UHGV virus genome: UHGV-1356101
Source: a virus
Length of the DNA stretch: 37,233 nt
Strand: one strand, 5' to 3'
Positions 7,767 through 16,478 of this stretch are shown piece after piece. A program made the translations under genes and the position numbers. A model generated the notes under the pieces. That model made no database searches and was not told where the DNA came from. It worked only from the letters and a program-made list of their open reading frames with translations. Position 1 is the stretch's first letter. Every line of letters begins with the position of its first letter.

Positions 7767-8359
7767 TCCTGCATCACCTCAATTTTCTCTCCGGTCAGCT
7801 CTTCCAACTTCTTCCGCATTTCTTCCACAGTCATTTTCTTCGATTCGGTGCGTTCCCAAATGAGTTCAAGATTGTGGTCTTCCATGATACTGCTAATTTT
7901 TCCCATGCATTTAATCTTATATACTCTAACTATTTCCAAATCGCTTACCACACTTTTTAAGTTTTCGTTATAGTCTCCCAAATCCGCATATCCATCTTCG
8001 CCAGTCAAAAAGCCGCCTATAACAAGTCTTTTCCTGAAATAGTTATCATTATATTCGACCACCATTCCGTCTTTTAAATCCGCCTTTGTAAATTCTTTCT
8101 GCATGTAATCACTCCATTCTAAGATTTCATACCCATTGCTTTTATAGTACTGATACGGCGAAAACTCTCCTTTGATATAACATATTTCTTCTTCGCAGAA
8201 TTCGTAATTTGTCTCTTTCAGGTAGCTTTCGCCTGAACACCACTTCATTCCTTGCTTATGCATTCTTTCGCAAAAGTCTTTCGCTTCCTCTTCTGTCTTG
8301 CAGTGCACTGCAATCTTATTGTCTTTATTTTTAAATTCATTCCAATTAAATTTTTTCAT
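7763..8359 (-). CDS. Hypothetical protein.
   Basis: 198 aa ORF. Confidence 0.4.
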   Translation of the reverse strand: MKKFNWNEFKNKDNKIAVHCKTEEEAKDFCERMHKQGMKWCSGESYLKETNYEFCEEEICYIKGEFSPYQYYKSNGYEILEWSDYMQKEFTKADLKDGMVVEYNDNYFRKRLVIGGFLTGEDGYADLGDYNENLKSVVSDLEIVRVYKIKCMGKISSIMEDHNLELIWERTESKKMTVEEMRKKLEELTGEKIEVMQE

Positions 8360-8365
8360 ATTTTC

Positions 8366-8557
8366 TTACCTCACTATCTTCCGCACAATCCAATCTAAAA
8401 AAATCACAAACAACAGTATCGGGAAGCGTGCCGCTGCTAAATAATCCTCACACTCCAACTCCACATCTTCTTCCAATCCTGCCTTTAAAGTAATCACTGT
8501 TCCAAGCCCCAGGATGTAATACAGGGCTAGGAATGCGATTGTAATTAAAATGTCCAT
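8366..8557 (-). CDS. Small membrane protein. Start revised to 8557 (MDILITIAFLALYY...).
   Basis: An AGGAGG RBS sits 6 nt before the ATG at 8557..8555, and the ATG overlaps the upstream stop codon. Two hydrophobic segments. Confidence 0.45.
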   Translation of the reverse strand: MDILITIAFLALYYILGLGTVITLKAGLEEDVELECEDYLAAARFPILLFVIFLDWIVRKIVR

Positions 8558-8558
8558 G

Positions 8559-9134
8559 TTATTCCTCCTTGTATGGTTCTGGTAGTGGCATTTTATTGCA
8601 ATTGCTTTGTTTATTTTTATATTGTTCACTCATAGTAATCCAGGTGCAATTTTCAGGACAGTAATCTCCATTCACGTCTATTCTTTCGATTGTCAAATCT
8701 TCACTATATCCATTTTTCAAAGCCCACTCAAAAAAATTTTGTTTATTTTTCAACCACTCATCACATACTTTTATTCCTCTTCCGCCATAAGCATTGTAAT
8801 GGTCTGACTTTGTATAATAGCATCGTCCACACATTCCTTTATAAATCCTATAAAGTCTTGTACCAGTCATGCCGTGTGTTATATTTGATTCAGACATCTT
8901 TGATAGTGTCTGTTGGTTCAAACATCCACAAGAATGTCTTGTCTTTCTTTTCAAAACGTCAGTTGTTCTGTAAACATGATTACCGCAATCACATTCACAT
9001 TCCCATTTTGCATATCTGTTTTTAGAAATACCAACTTGTTTTATCGCTTTAAGCATATCGAACTTCATGCCTGTTAGATCTTTTACTTTTCCCATCGTTA
9101 TTCCTTTCTCATAGGTTCTGGTAGTGGCTGCCAT
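8559..9134 (-). CDS. Putative DNA-binding protein with zinc-ribbon motifs, a conserved YRIYKGMCGRCYY...YGGRGIKVCDEW motif, and a degenerate HNH_3-like segment (ERIDVNGDYCPENCTW). The C-terminus ends MPLPEPYKEE.
   Basis: Motif recognition only. The catalytic His of HNH_3 is absent. Confidence 0.4.
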   Translation of the reverse strand: MAATTRTYEKGITMGKVKDLTGMKFDMLKAIKQVGISKNRYAKWECECDCGNHVYRTTDVLKRKTRHSCGCLNQQTLSKMSESNITHGMTGTRLYRIYKGMCGRCYYTKSDHYNAYGGRGIKVCDEWLKNKQNFFEWALKNGYSEDLTIERIDVNGDYCPENCTWITMSEQYKNKQSNCNKMPLPEPYKEE

Positions 9135-9583
9135 GCTACAACCTTTTCATACCCCAATTCATCATTTGTTTTAAACACCGTATCAACGAATCCTAAACTT
9201 GTCGAATCGTAAATATCATGCCAAAATCCAAATCCATATTCACTATCATACTGGCAGAACATCGGCAAATCCTCTTCGTGATTTTCGACAATACACATAT
9301 AGAATCTCATATCATCATCTTCTGGCAATCTATCTTCTACTGAAATCCAGTCTTTATCTTTCTTCCCGTCTTCATATCCGATCTGATACAACTTTTTTCT
9401 GCTGCATTCTCCGCACTTCGGAACATCGTCCATGTGAGAACGGATGATTTTTCTTGCAATATACCATGCAGTAAAACTATCTATCGCAAAATGATGAATG
9501 CCTGCTGAATCTTCTATGTCGTCTATGTTTTCGTCAAATGCTTCTTTTATCTCTTCCAAGATCTTCTCTAGTACGTTCTCCAT
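9098..9583 (-). CDS. Phage protein with a DUF551-like C-terminus (...VVAWQPLPEPMRKE).
   Basis: 161 aa. The C-terminal WxPLPEP motif is typical of DUF551. Confidence 0.45.
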   Translation of the reverse strand: MENVLEKILEEIKEAFDENIDDIEDSAGIHHFAIDSFTAWYIARKIIRSHMDDVPKCGECSRKKLYQIGYEDGKKDKDWISVEDRLPEDDDMRFYMCIVENHEEDLPMFCQYDSEYGFGFWHDIYDSTSLGFVDTVFKTNDELGYEKVVAWQPLPEPMRKE

Positions 9584-9595
9584 TATTCCACTCTC

Positions 9596-9919
9596 CTAAA
9601 ATCCTATATCATCTAAGAAAAAACCAATTTCTTCTTCAAATTCTTCTTTTTCAATACCATAATCTTCAAGCATTTCTTCTAATGGAAATACTTCAGACAG
9701 TTTTTTCATTAAGTATTCTGCTATTCCCTCTGTATCATATTCTTCGACAATAGTATCTTTCTGTAAAGGTTGAATCATTCCATCTTTTAAATGATGTGCA
9801 AATTCGTCAGCTCCAATAATTATTTTATTCCCTTTTGGAATAATTACTTTTTCTCCAAACATCTTCTCTACTTCTATATCACAATTTGATGTTAGGATTT
9901 GACCTATTTTGTATTTCAT
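9596..9919 (-). CDS. Hypothetical acidic protein.
   Basis: 107 aa ORF. Confidence 0.35.
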   Translation of the reverse strand: MKYKIGQILTSNCDIEVEKMFGEKVIIPKGNKIIIGADEFAHHLKDGMIQPLQKDTIVEEYDTEGIAEYLMKKLSEVFPLEEMLEDYGIEKEEFEEEIGFFLDDIGF

Positions 9920-10146
9920 TTATTCCATCTCCTATTCCATGCTTCGATTGCATTTATTTTGCAAGTATTAATACTATTTAGTGCGTTGTCTGCATTTTGC
10001 ATACTAGGACAATATCCTTCTGCTTTTGCATAACATTTTTTGCATTCACACCAAATAGTCCAACCAACATTATTTTTTCTTTCCATTTTTATTCTTGCTT
10101 CTCCACCACAAAACGGGCATTTCTTTAATTCTTCCATGTTACTCAC
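9916..10146 (-). CDS. lar: Lar-family restriction alleviation protein.
   Basis: 76 aa. The CPFCGGEA...VWCECKKCYAKA...AIEAWNRR pattern is typical of the Lar family. Confidence 0.65.
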   Translation of the reverse strand: MSNMEELKKCPFCGGEARIKMERKNNVGWTIWCECKKCYAKAEGYCPSMQNADNALNSINTCKINAIEAWNRRWNK

Positions 10147-10456
10147 TCCAATCTAATCTCTGGCCACAATGATTGCAGCAATCAGAATCCCAATAACAAA
10201 ACATTTCTATATCTGCCATATTTCCAAACAGTCTTTTGCATCTAGGACACGACGCTTGTCCATTCCAGTTTTCTACTTTTTTCGGCAACTGCTTTTCTAG
10301 TGCTTCGATTGCTGTGCAATAAACTTCAATATCACTTTCCAAATAACTGTTATCTTGTTTCTGGAAAAATGCTTTATTGTGCCTTATCATTTCTCTTTTC
10401 GCATTAATCCCAACTTGAAGCCTTCCTATTGCTTCTCTAACTTTCTTCTCATCCAT
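10139..10456 (-). CDS. Zinc-ribbon small protein (C-terminal CPRC...CCNHC).
   Basis: 105 aa, overlapping its neighbours by a few nt (operon-like). Confidence 0.4.
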   Translation of the reverse strand: MDEKKVREAIGRLQVGINAKREMIRHNKAFFQKQDNSYLESDIEVYCTAIEALEKQLPKKVENWNGQASCPRCKRLFGNMADIEMFCYWDSDCCNHCGQRLDWSE

Positions 10457-10631
10457 CTAATTTTCCTCCCGTTATTTCCAACCATAAACCACTCTCTCCA
10501 TCTTTTTCGTAGAGAAAATCTGTCTCTATCCCGCAGACCGCCAATTCGGTCATTGTCCTCACGCAATCCTCTGCATCAGCGCATTTGATCGTGTCGCCTT
10601 TTCGCAAGCGCGTTTCTTCTGTTTTTGGCAT
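10449..10631 (-). CDS. Hypothetical small protein.
   Basis: 60 aa. Confidence 0.3.
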   Translation of the reverse strand: MPKTEETRLRKGDTIKCADAEDCVRTMTELAVCGIETDFLYEKDGESGLWLEITGGKLDG

Positions 10632-11014
10632 TAGTCATTCCTCCGTATCGTCATCTCGATTCCAATCTCATCTTTAATCATCCTCGTATATTCGTCCCAT
10701 GTTGCCATATCATCCACCAGACACTCTGCTTTCAGGTTCATCCGGTCGATAAATCTCTTGCACCGTTTCCCGGCAAAGCCGAACTCATCATGCAGCGTTG
10801 CAACTGCGATCACCATCATTGTGTCCAGTGTCATGTTTTTGATTTTCTCACAGGCAATGTTTAGTTCTTTTCTGGTTAATGCTGTATTTATTCCTGTGAT
10901 ATTCCGGAACTGGATTTCTTTTTCCAGTCCATCGATACCGTCTTTTTTTACAATCTCCCTTGCTAGAATCAATCCCTGTGATCTGCCAGCTGTATAATCA
11001 TCAACTTTTCCCAT
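10631..11014 (-). CDS. Hypothetical protein.
   Basis: 127 aa. Confidence 0.4.
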   Translation of the reverse strand: MGKVDDYTAGRSQGLILAREIVKKDGIDGLEKEIQFRNITGINTALTRKELNIACEKIKNMTLDTMMVIAVATLHDEFGFAGKRCKRFIDRMNLKAECLVDDMATWDEYTRMIKDEIGIEMTIRRND

Positions 11015-11258
11015 TTTTTCTCCTTAACTGCTTGCAAAGACCTTCCCACTCAGCCTCTTTGTTCCGCGTCCATCTTTTCGCTGCTCTTCTTTTCCGGATC
11101 CCGTTTTCATCCATGTACCGGATAAGATCATCTCTGGTAAATTCCGATCTCTGGATGTCATTCAAGACTTTATGGATATGCTCATCCGTGCATCCGAGTT
11201 TTACCATCTCTTCGATTTGGAACTGGTACGGATCCAGAAAGTGTGCTGGTCTACTCAT
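11001..11258 (-). CDS. Hypothetical basic protein, possibly DNA-binding.
   Basis: 85 aa. Confidence 0.35.
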   Translation of the reverse strand: MSRPAHFLDPYQFQIEEMVKLGCTDEHIHKVLNDIQRSEFTRDDLIRYMDENGIRKRRAAKRWTRNKEAEWEGLCKQLRRKNGKS

Positions 11259-11333
11259 TTTCCTTTCACCTTCTTCTTTCTCTTACTCTTTGTTCCGACA
11301 AATATATTTTTCGCTTTCCTCTCATAACTTCTC

Positions 11334-12065
11334 CTAACTAAAGCTTGCTTCCGGCTCTTCCTCTGGACATATTTCTCCATCTGCTTCCATTTCGTTTATG
11401 ATGATTTTCGTTCCCGCTCTTTGTAATCTCAGCAACAGCATGTCAAATTCATCAAGGTATCTCAACGACTTAATGTCTACACATCCCAAACTGTCAAGTG
11501 TATACTCTTTCTCAAAATCCCATTTCGATATCGGAATTTCCATATTCAATCCTTCATCGTGTTCGTTTTCGAAAATGATTACCGCCCTATGCAAGGAGCC
11601 CCAAGTAGGTCTTTCACGCTCTTCTATTAGCATCTCGCAACTGACCGATTCGTAGTATGGTCCATCGTCAAACTCCACTTCCAGACCAGTTGTACTGATC
11701 TTCTTTTCGCACATTGCAATCCATGCATCAAACAGATCAGTGACTTTCATTTCTTTTTCTTCCTGCTTGATTGATAATTCCTTAAAATTTTCCAGAATCT
11801 TTTTATTCTCGATACAAGCATCGGAATTTACGATTTCTGTAAGCACCGTATCCAACTTTGGAAGGTATTCCGAAAAATCATACTTCTCTATGTACGGCAC
11901 CATAACTTCGTCTATTTTTTTCTTCAGTGCACTTTCTACTTTTCCCCATCTAAACGCTGATTCTATTGCCGATTCTATCGATTCCTTGAATTTATTTCTG
12001 AGGATTTCCTTTACTTCTTCCTCGGAAAGGCACTCCTGTGCCATTTTAAATAATTCTTCTTTCAT
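11334..12065 (-). CDS. Hypothetical acidic protein downstream of the replisome organizer, in the position usually occupied by a helicase loader.
   Basis: 243 aa, no Walker A motif. Confidence 0.45.
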   Translation of the reverse strand: MKEELFKMAQECLSEEEVKEILRNKFKESIESAIESAFRWGKVESALKKKIDEVMVPYIEKYDFSEYLPKLDTVLTEIVNSDACIENKKILENFKELSIKQEEKEMKVTDLFDAWIAMCEKKISTTGLEVEFDDGPYYESVSCEMLIEERERPTWGSLHRAVIIFENEHDEGLNMEIPISKWDFEKEYTLDSLGCVDIKSLRYLDEFDMLLLRLQRAGTKIIINEMEADGEICPEEEPEASFS

Positions 12066-12076
12066 TTTGCTCCTCC

Positions 12077-12898
12077 TTAATTTGACTTCAACAGCTGTTC
12101 TTCCAGAGAGTCCATGTCGTATCCTCTGCGATCAAAGTTGTTATTATTTCTATGTGTCGGCTCTGATCTAACTGGCATTCTTCCCTTATCCTGTTCTTTG
12201 GATAGCCAGGAATTTATAAATCTTGCGATTCCTCTCTTTGTTTTTCTTCTCGCTTTATTGCTGTCTAGCCAAGATTTCATTTTTCTGAGTTCCTGCATCA
12301 CATCAACAGCAGGGAATAATTCACTCCACTCTGATACATTGTCTTCGTAAATCCAATGCTCTGTACCGTCATTCAACGATAGTGAGATGACTTTTTTCCG
12401 GTCTGGAGCTTCCGGCTCCGGACAAGTAGTATTTATACTACTCTTATCTATACTATCCTTACCTAACCTAACCTGGGTTTCCAGAGTGTCCACCGCTTGG
12501 TTGCCTCTTGGTTGACATGCGGTTGACAACTGGTTGACAGATGGTTGACAAGTGGGCGAAAGAACGTATTTTCCGTTCAAATTTTCCAATTTATTCAGTT
12601 CATCCAAACATCTTGTCTGTGTGTATCTATCTTTCCTGATCGAATTGTTTGTTTTCCAGTCAGAAATCACGATAACGCCACTTTCAAATGGAATGATAAA
12701 CCCTTTTGCGACCAGTATTTTCAAATCATCTTCCGCTGCTCCAACCATTCTCACGATTTGCTTCGGAGACGATACAAAGCCGTCATCATCAGCTTTCATG
12801 CCGAATTGTAAGTACAGAGCTTGAGTTGATGACGGCATTTCAACAAACTTATCTGTGCATACAACATCTGCCGAAAACATTCTTCTGTTCGCCATCAC
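12077..12898 (-). CDS. Phage replisome organizer / DnaD-like replication initiator. The N-terminal organizer domain is present, and the iteron origin lies inside the gene.
   Basis: N-terminus MMANRRMFSADVVCTDKFVEMPSSTQALYLQFGMKADDDGF matches the replisome-organizer N domain. An internal STACQP peptide repeat corresponds to the DNA iterons. Confidence 0.7.
   Translation of the reverse strand: MMANRRMFSADVVCTDKFVEMPSSTQALYLQFGMKADDDGFVSSPKQIVRMVGAAEDDLKILVAKGFIIPFESGVIVISDWKTNNSIRKDRYTQTRCLDELNKLENLNGKYVLSPTCQPSVNQLSTACQPRGNQAVDTLETQVRLGKDSIDKSSINTTCPEPEAPDRKKVISLSLNDGTEHWIYEDNVSEWSELFPAVDVMQELRKMKSWLDSNKARRKTKRGIARFINSWLSKEQDKGRMPVRSEPTHRNNNNFDRRGYDMDSLEEQLLKSN
12495..12554. repeat. Iterons: four GGTTGACA repeats plus one degenerate copy at 11-12-bp period, flanked by an A/T-rich stretch and an ACCTAACCTAACCT element (12421..12478). 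Putative ori inside the initiator gene.
   Basis: TTGGTTGCCTC TTGGTTGACATGC GGTTGACAAC TGGTTGACAGA TGGTTGACAAG. Confidence 0.6.
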
Positions 12899-13305
12899 TC
12901 ATCCTCCGCAATATAGACCACCACGCAAGGCGTGTCCGAATATGCCTTTTCAATTTCCAGACCGGTCACCTGCTTATCATCGGTGTATGCGACTCCGTTC
13001 AGTCCATCCAGAATGATTTTTGCGATATTATCCAAGTCCGGCTTCTTATTCGGCTTTATTTCGCCTTTTAATGCTTTTTCCTTATTCTTCTTAGACCAGC
13101 TCTCTGGAATCGGAAATTTCGCTAAAATTCGAACTCTCAGAGGGATGTCCGTGTAAAGCACGCCTATACTCTGCTTGTAAATCCTTGCAACTTCCTTTTC
13201 GTACTTTTTATTTTCTGGTGGCGTATATGTAATGACTTTAAATCCGGCTCTGCTGAATCTCGGTCTTGCTTTTCCAACCGGTTTGCCCGGAATTGTAATT
13301 ACCAT
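12895..13305 (-). CDS. rusA: Holliday junction resolvase RusA.
   Basis: 136 aa with GKPVGKARPRF...PDLDNIAKIILDGLNGVAYTDDKQV. Confidence 0.9.
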   Translation of the reverse strand: MVITIPGKPVGKARPRFSRAGFKVITYTPPENKKYEKEVARIYKQSIGVLYTDIPLRVRILAKFPIPESWSKKNKEKALKGEIKPNKKPDLDNIAKIILDGLNGVAYTDDKQVTGLEIEKAYSDTPCVVVYIAEDE

Positions 13306-13418
13306 TTATTCTCCTTTCTGCTCCCGGAATTACCGGGAGACAATGAATCTGGCTTACTTAAGGTATTTGTGACGTACTACACAGCAGCCATGAACGGGTT
13401 ACAATTTATAGCAAAGGT

Positions 13419-13778
13419 TTAACCCTTACTAACATAGTGAAATTCTTGCCGGAACTGTTCTTCTGTTCCGTAGTGCTGCAAATAATACTCCTTGCAGCGT
13501 TTTCTTAAGTATCGGTCAACTTTCGATGCATTCTCCCCTGCCCTTGTTCCGTTTGGATGCAGATCCGGTCTCAGTGGAGCAATAAATCCGTAATCTTCCG
13601 AAAGTTCAATTTCTCTCGATGTGTGGCTAAAAATATGATGACGCTCCACTCCGTAAACTCCTGTGTACATGCAGTGATCCATATCTTCTGTAAATATGCT
13701 CCACAGCTTCTTTGGTCTGCCGGATGCTCTTTGATGACCCTTTTTCTTTTTCTTTCGCTTCGGCTTGGGAAATGCCAT
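13419..13778 (-). CDS. NinG-like / HNH-like basic protein (Lys/Arg-rich N-terminus, ERHH motif).
   Basis: 119 aa between NinB-like and RusA. Similarity is weak; the call rests on position and motifs. Confidence 0.3.
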   Translation of the reverse strand: MAFPKPKRKKKKKGHQRASGRPKKLWSIFTEDMDHCMYTGVYGVERHHIFSHTSREIELSEDYGFIAPLRPDLHPNGTRAGENASKVDRYLRKRCKEYYLQHYGTEEQFRQEFHYVSKG

Positions 13779-13795
13779 GTCACTGTAATCAATGC

Positions 13796-14311
13796 TTATA
13801 ATTCAATCCCCCACAACTCTTTCATTTTGCGAATTTCATCCGGCGTATCTGTCGGAATACCAAGACTTTTGCACTCTTCAACCGCTCCATCTATCAACAT
13901 GCAAGCTTCGTTGGTATCGTATTCGCTCAATCCTTTCCAGCAGCGCAAAGTACAAACAGTAATGCACTCATTCTCCTTGTTCACAAACTCTTTCTTGTTC
14001 TGTACTTCTACAATCCGGTAACAAGCTCTTGCAAGATGCACCTGATCGGATGGAAGGCTTATAAAATCTGACGTCCCGTATATCCTTAAAAGATGCAAAT
14101 ACACATCGTTTTCAGTCTGTCCGTTTTTCATAACGCTGCGGAGTTCTTTTACCAGCGTCCAAAAGTATTTTCTTTGCTGATCTGTTTTTGATTCTTTGTG
14201 CAGAGCAATACTCACATCGACATCTTTATCGCAAATCGACTTTACCAATGATCTAATACTTTCTTTCACGTAGTTCGGCATCTGCACTCTACTTCTGATC
14301 CACACTGTCAT
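13796..14311 (-). CDS. ninB: NinB/Orf-family recombination protein.
   Basis: The KTDQQRKYFWTLVKEL region resembles lambda NinB SLDQNRKLWACL. 171 aa. Confidence 0.5.
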   Translation of the reverse strand: MTVWIRSRVQMPNYVKESIRSLVKSICDKDVDVSIALHKESKTDQQRKYFWTLVKELRSVMKNGQTENDVYLHLLRIYGTSDFISLPSDQVHLARACYRIVEVQNKKEFVNKENECITVCTLRCWKGLSEYDTNEACMLIDGAVEECKSLGIPTDTPDEIRKMKELWGIEL

Positions 14312-14891
14312 GCTTTGCCGCCTCCATTCTCGCTATAAAATCTTTGATTTGGCTATCTGTCACCTGTTCAATATTATCCAACCTATATACCTGCATAAAA
14401 TTCGCTTCTGAACATCTGCGCTTTTTCAGTTCGTTTCGCACTCGCTCCACTCTTTCAAATGGAGAATCGTACTTAGTTCTATCTGCCCAAAAGTACACGT
14501 CTGCTCCAATTCCAAGCTGCTTACAAGCTACAGAAATAGCGTCTGTTGTTGCCATTTTGTAACATTCATCGGAAACAAAAAGACCATTTCTTTCGTTTTG
14601 CGATAGCTTACTCCCCCCAGTTCCACAGATCGGTTGCGACCACTCACCATCTACCTTTATAAACAGTTCGATATCTACGAATGCAACTGTTTCACCTCCT
14701 GCCTGCTCCGTCCATTTCTTAACAGGCTTGTAAAACCAGCCAATGCCACACGGACCATATTCACTTGTAAGTACTTTGATTCTCCACATAGGGTTAATAT
14801 CCGTCATTCCGTTCAATCGACCGCCTTTAATCGGCTTCTTCGCTTCTTCCGGAACAACTCTCACCCTGTTATATAAATCCAAATTTCCCAT
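14289..14891 (-). CDS. Rad52/Sak-like single-strand annealing protein.
   Basis: Motifs PMWRIK, EYGPCGIGW and LGIGADVYFWA are Rad52/22-family hallmarks. Adjacent to Gp157. Confidence 0.65.
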   Translation of the reverse strand: MGNLDLYNRVRVVPEEAKKPIKGGRLNGMTDINPMWRIKVLTSEYGPCGIGWFYKPVKKWTEQAGGETVAFVDIELFIKVDGEWSQPICGTGGSKLSQNERNGLFVSDECYKMATTDAISVACKQLGIGADVYFWADRTKYDSPFERVERVRNELKKRRCSEANFMQVYRLDNIEQVTDSQIKDFIARMEAAKHDSVDQK

Positions 14892-14899
14892 GCTTACAC

Positions 14900-15364
14900 C
14901 TACCGGATCTGAATATTATTGTTCTGCACCAATACAACACCAGAGAGTTCAATTCCATCTTTCAGTGCCTTTTTCACCTTTGTTTTATCCACCTCTGGAT
15001 CAGTGAACTTCAAGTATTCTTCATCCAGTTTTGAAATGTCTTGCACCTCTACGCTCTCTGATTTTCGGTAGGAAATACTGACCCTTGCTGTCTTGAATTT
15101 TTCTCCGCACAAATATCCAGACAGGTATTCTTTCAAGTTTCTTGCCTTGTTTTCACATGATTTCTGGCGGTCAGCCAGTTTATTTTTCTCTGCCTTGATT
15201 GCTTCTGCATCAGATAAGAGGTTTTTGATCCAGAGAGCAATTCCCTCTACCTTTTTGTCAAAATCCATCTGTAGCTGTGCCAGCTTTTCCGGGTCGATAA
15301 TCTCGCCTGTTTCCTGATCTACACAATTTAAAATCTCTTCATCAATCTCGTATAATGTTGCCAT
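14900..15364 (-). CDS. Siphovirus Gp157-family protein.
   Basis: 154 aa, coiled-coil; a typical partner of Sak/Erf SSAP modules. Confidence 0.6.
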   Translation of the reverse strand: MATLYEIDEEILNCVDQETGEIIDPEKLAQLQMDFDKKVEGIALWIKNLLSDAEAIKAEKNKLADRQKSCENKARNLKEYLSGYLCGEKFKTARVSISYRKSESVEVQDISKLDEEYLKFTDPEVDKTKVKKALKDGIELSGVVLVQNNNIQIR

Positions 15365-15536
15365 TTGTTATCTCCTCCATAAAATCGCAATAATTTTGAT
15401 AATGTCTTCTCCGTACTTTAAAATATCTCTCACTCTCAACAACTTCTCGTTCCGTCATTTCTTCTTGCTCGGTATCTGTATAGCTAAGCATACTGTTCCT
15501 CCGTCTTGTCCACTGCCATTTCCAGCAATACCCCAA
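15342..15536 (-). CDS. Hypothetical small protein.
   Basis: 64 aa. Confidence 0.3.
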   Translation of the reverse strand: MGYCWKWQWTRRRNSMLSYTDTEQEEMTEREVVESERYFKVRRRHYQNYCDFMEEITNGNIIRD

Positions 15537-15753
15537 CTAAAATGATTGCATTATCCAGCTCCGCGTCTGTTTCGATACACTCACGCAAATCAAAATCACC
15601 AGACGAAAATCCGTTCTCACATGCATACAAAGTTATCCTATGTCCATAATTCGAAAAGTCGATTCCTACGTACGGGAATCCGTCTACACCCTTTCCGCGT
15701 TCATGAATCTCAAGAATTAAGTCTAAAAGTTCATGTATTTTCTTTCTATCCAT
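15484..15753 (-). CDS. Hypothetical protein.
   Basis: 89 aa. Confidence 0.35.
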   Translation of the reverse strand: MDRKKIHELLDLILEIHERGKGVDGFPYVGIDFSNYGHRITLYACENGFSSGDFDLRECIETDAELDNAIILVGVLLEMAVDKTEEQYA

Positions 15754-15840
15754 TGCTTATCCTCCTAAAATCTGTTACTATATTCTTGATTTTTTGTTAG
15801 AGTGCCTACGGCTCTCCAGCCTTTATGTAGGTGCTCATTT

Positions 15841-16026
15841 TTAATACCCAAACACCAACCACCATCCGATCAACGCCAGCACGAACCCGATCACGGATGC
15901 CGCGACCTTGTGCCAGTAAGGCTTGTCCTGCTCCGGCAACTCAACCGATACTGACCGGATATCCCAGCTATTTAATGTGTTGGGGTGGTGGTTGGTCTGG
16001 CAGTGGTAGGTTCCTTTAATTACCAT
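15841..16026 (-). CDS. Small membrane protein (C-terminal TM).
   Basis: 61 aa. Confidence 0.3.
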   Translation of the reverse strand: MVIKGTYHCQTNHHPNTLNSWDIRSVSVELPEQDKPYWHKVAASVIGFVLALIGWWLVFGY

Positions 16027-16201
16027 GCTTGTCCTCCCTTATTTTTACGGATCTCTTTCCGCGCTCTTCCAATCTGACGCGATAGTTCGTTAGATACGAG
16101 ATTGCGACTTGCTTCTGCTCCTCAGAATCACCGTCTATCTTTTCTACGGATTTCAGAGTCTGGATAAATTTCTCGATCTGATTTACTGTCAGTCTTTTCA
16201 C
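16016..16201 (-). CDS. Hypothetical small protein.
   Basis: 61 aa. Confidence 0.3.
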   Translation of the reverse strand: MKRLTVNQIEKFIQTLKSVEKIDGDSEEQKQVAISYLTNYRVRLEERGKRSVKIREDKHGN

Positions 16202-16205
16202 ATCG

Positions 16206-16445
16206 TCACTTCCTTTCCAATCTTTCTATCACTTCCTCCCGGCTCAGTCTGAAGAACTCAGCCACTTCGGAAATAGTAGCTTCATAGTGTTTCTTTACTG
16301 CCCCGGTCTTCCGCACGACTCCAAATGTCCAGATGTTGTGTCTCATGCGGTATCGTACTTCGTTCACGGAGCAACCGGTAATCTTTGCGATTTCCGCCGT
16401 TTTTAATGTTTCTTTTAATGCAATTGCGGTGTTCATTTTTATCAC
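16206..16445 (-). CDS. Small HTH DNA-binding protein (excisionase/MerR-like).
   Basis: 79 aa; AEIAKITGCSVNEVRYRM resembles an HTH. Confidence 0.4.
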   Translation of the reverse strand: MIKMNTAIALKETLKTAEIAKITGCSVNEVRYRMRHNIWTFGVVRKTGAVKKHYEATISEVAEFFRLSREEVIERLERK

Positions 16446-16478
16446 CTCACTTATGTATGCAGGTTGGATTGTCGTAAT

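Noticed and set aside
12495-12554. Possible CRISPR-like array (regular short repeats).
   Set aside because: The 11-12-bp period leaves no spacer-sized unique segments, and the repeats are in-frame inside a replication initiator gene, so they are iterons. No other repeat-spacer structure was seen in the window.
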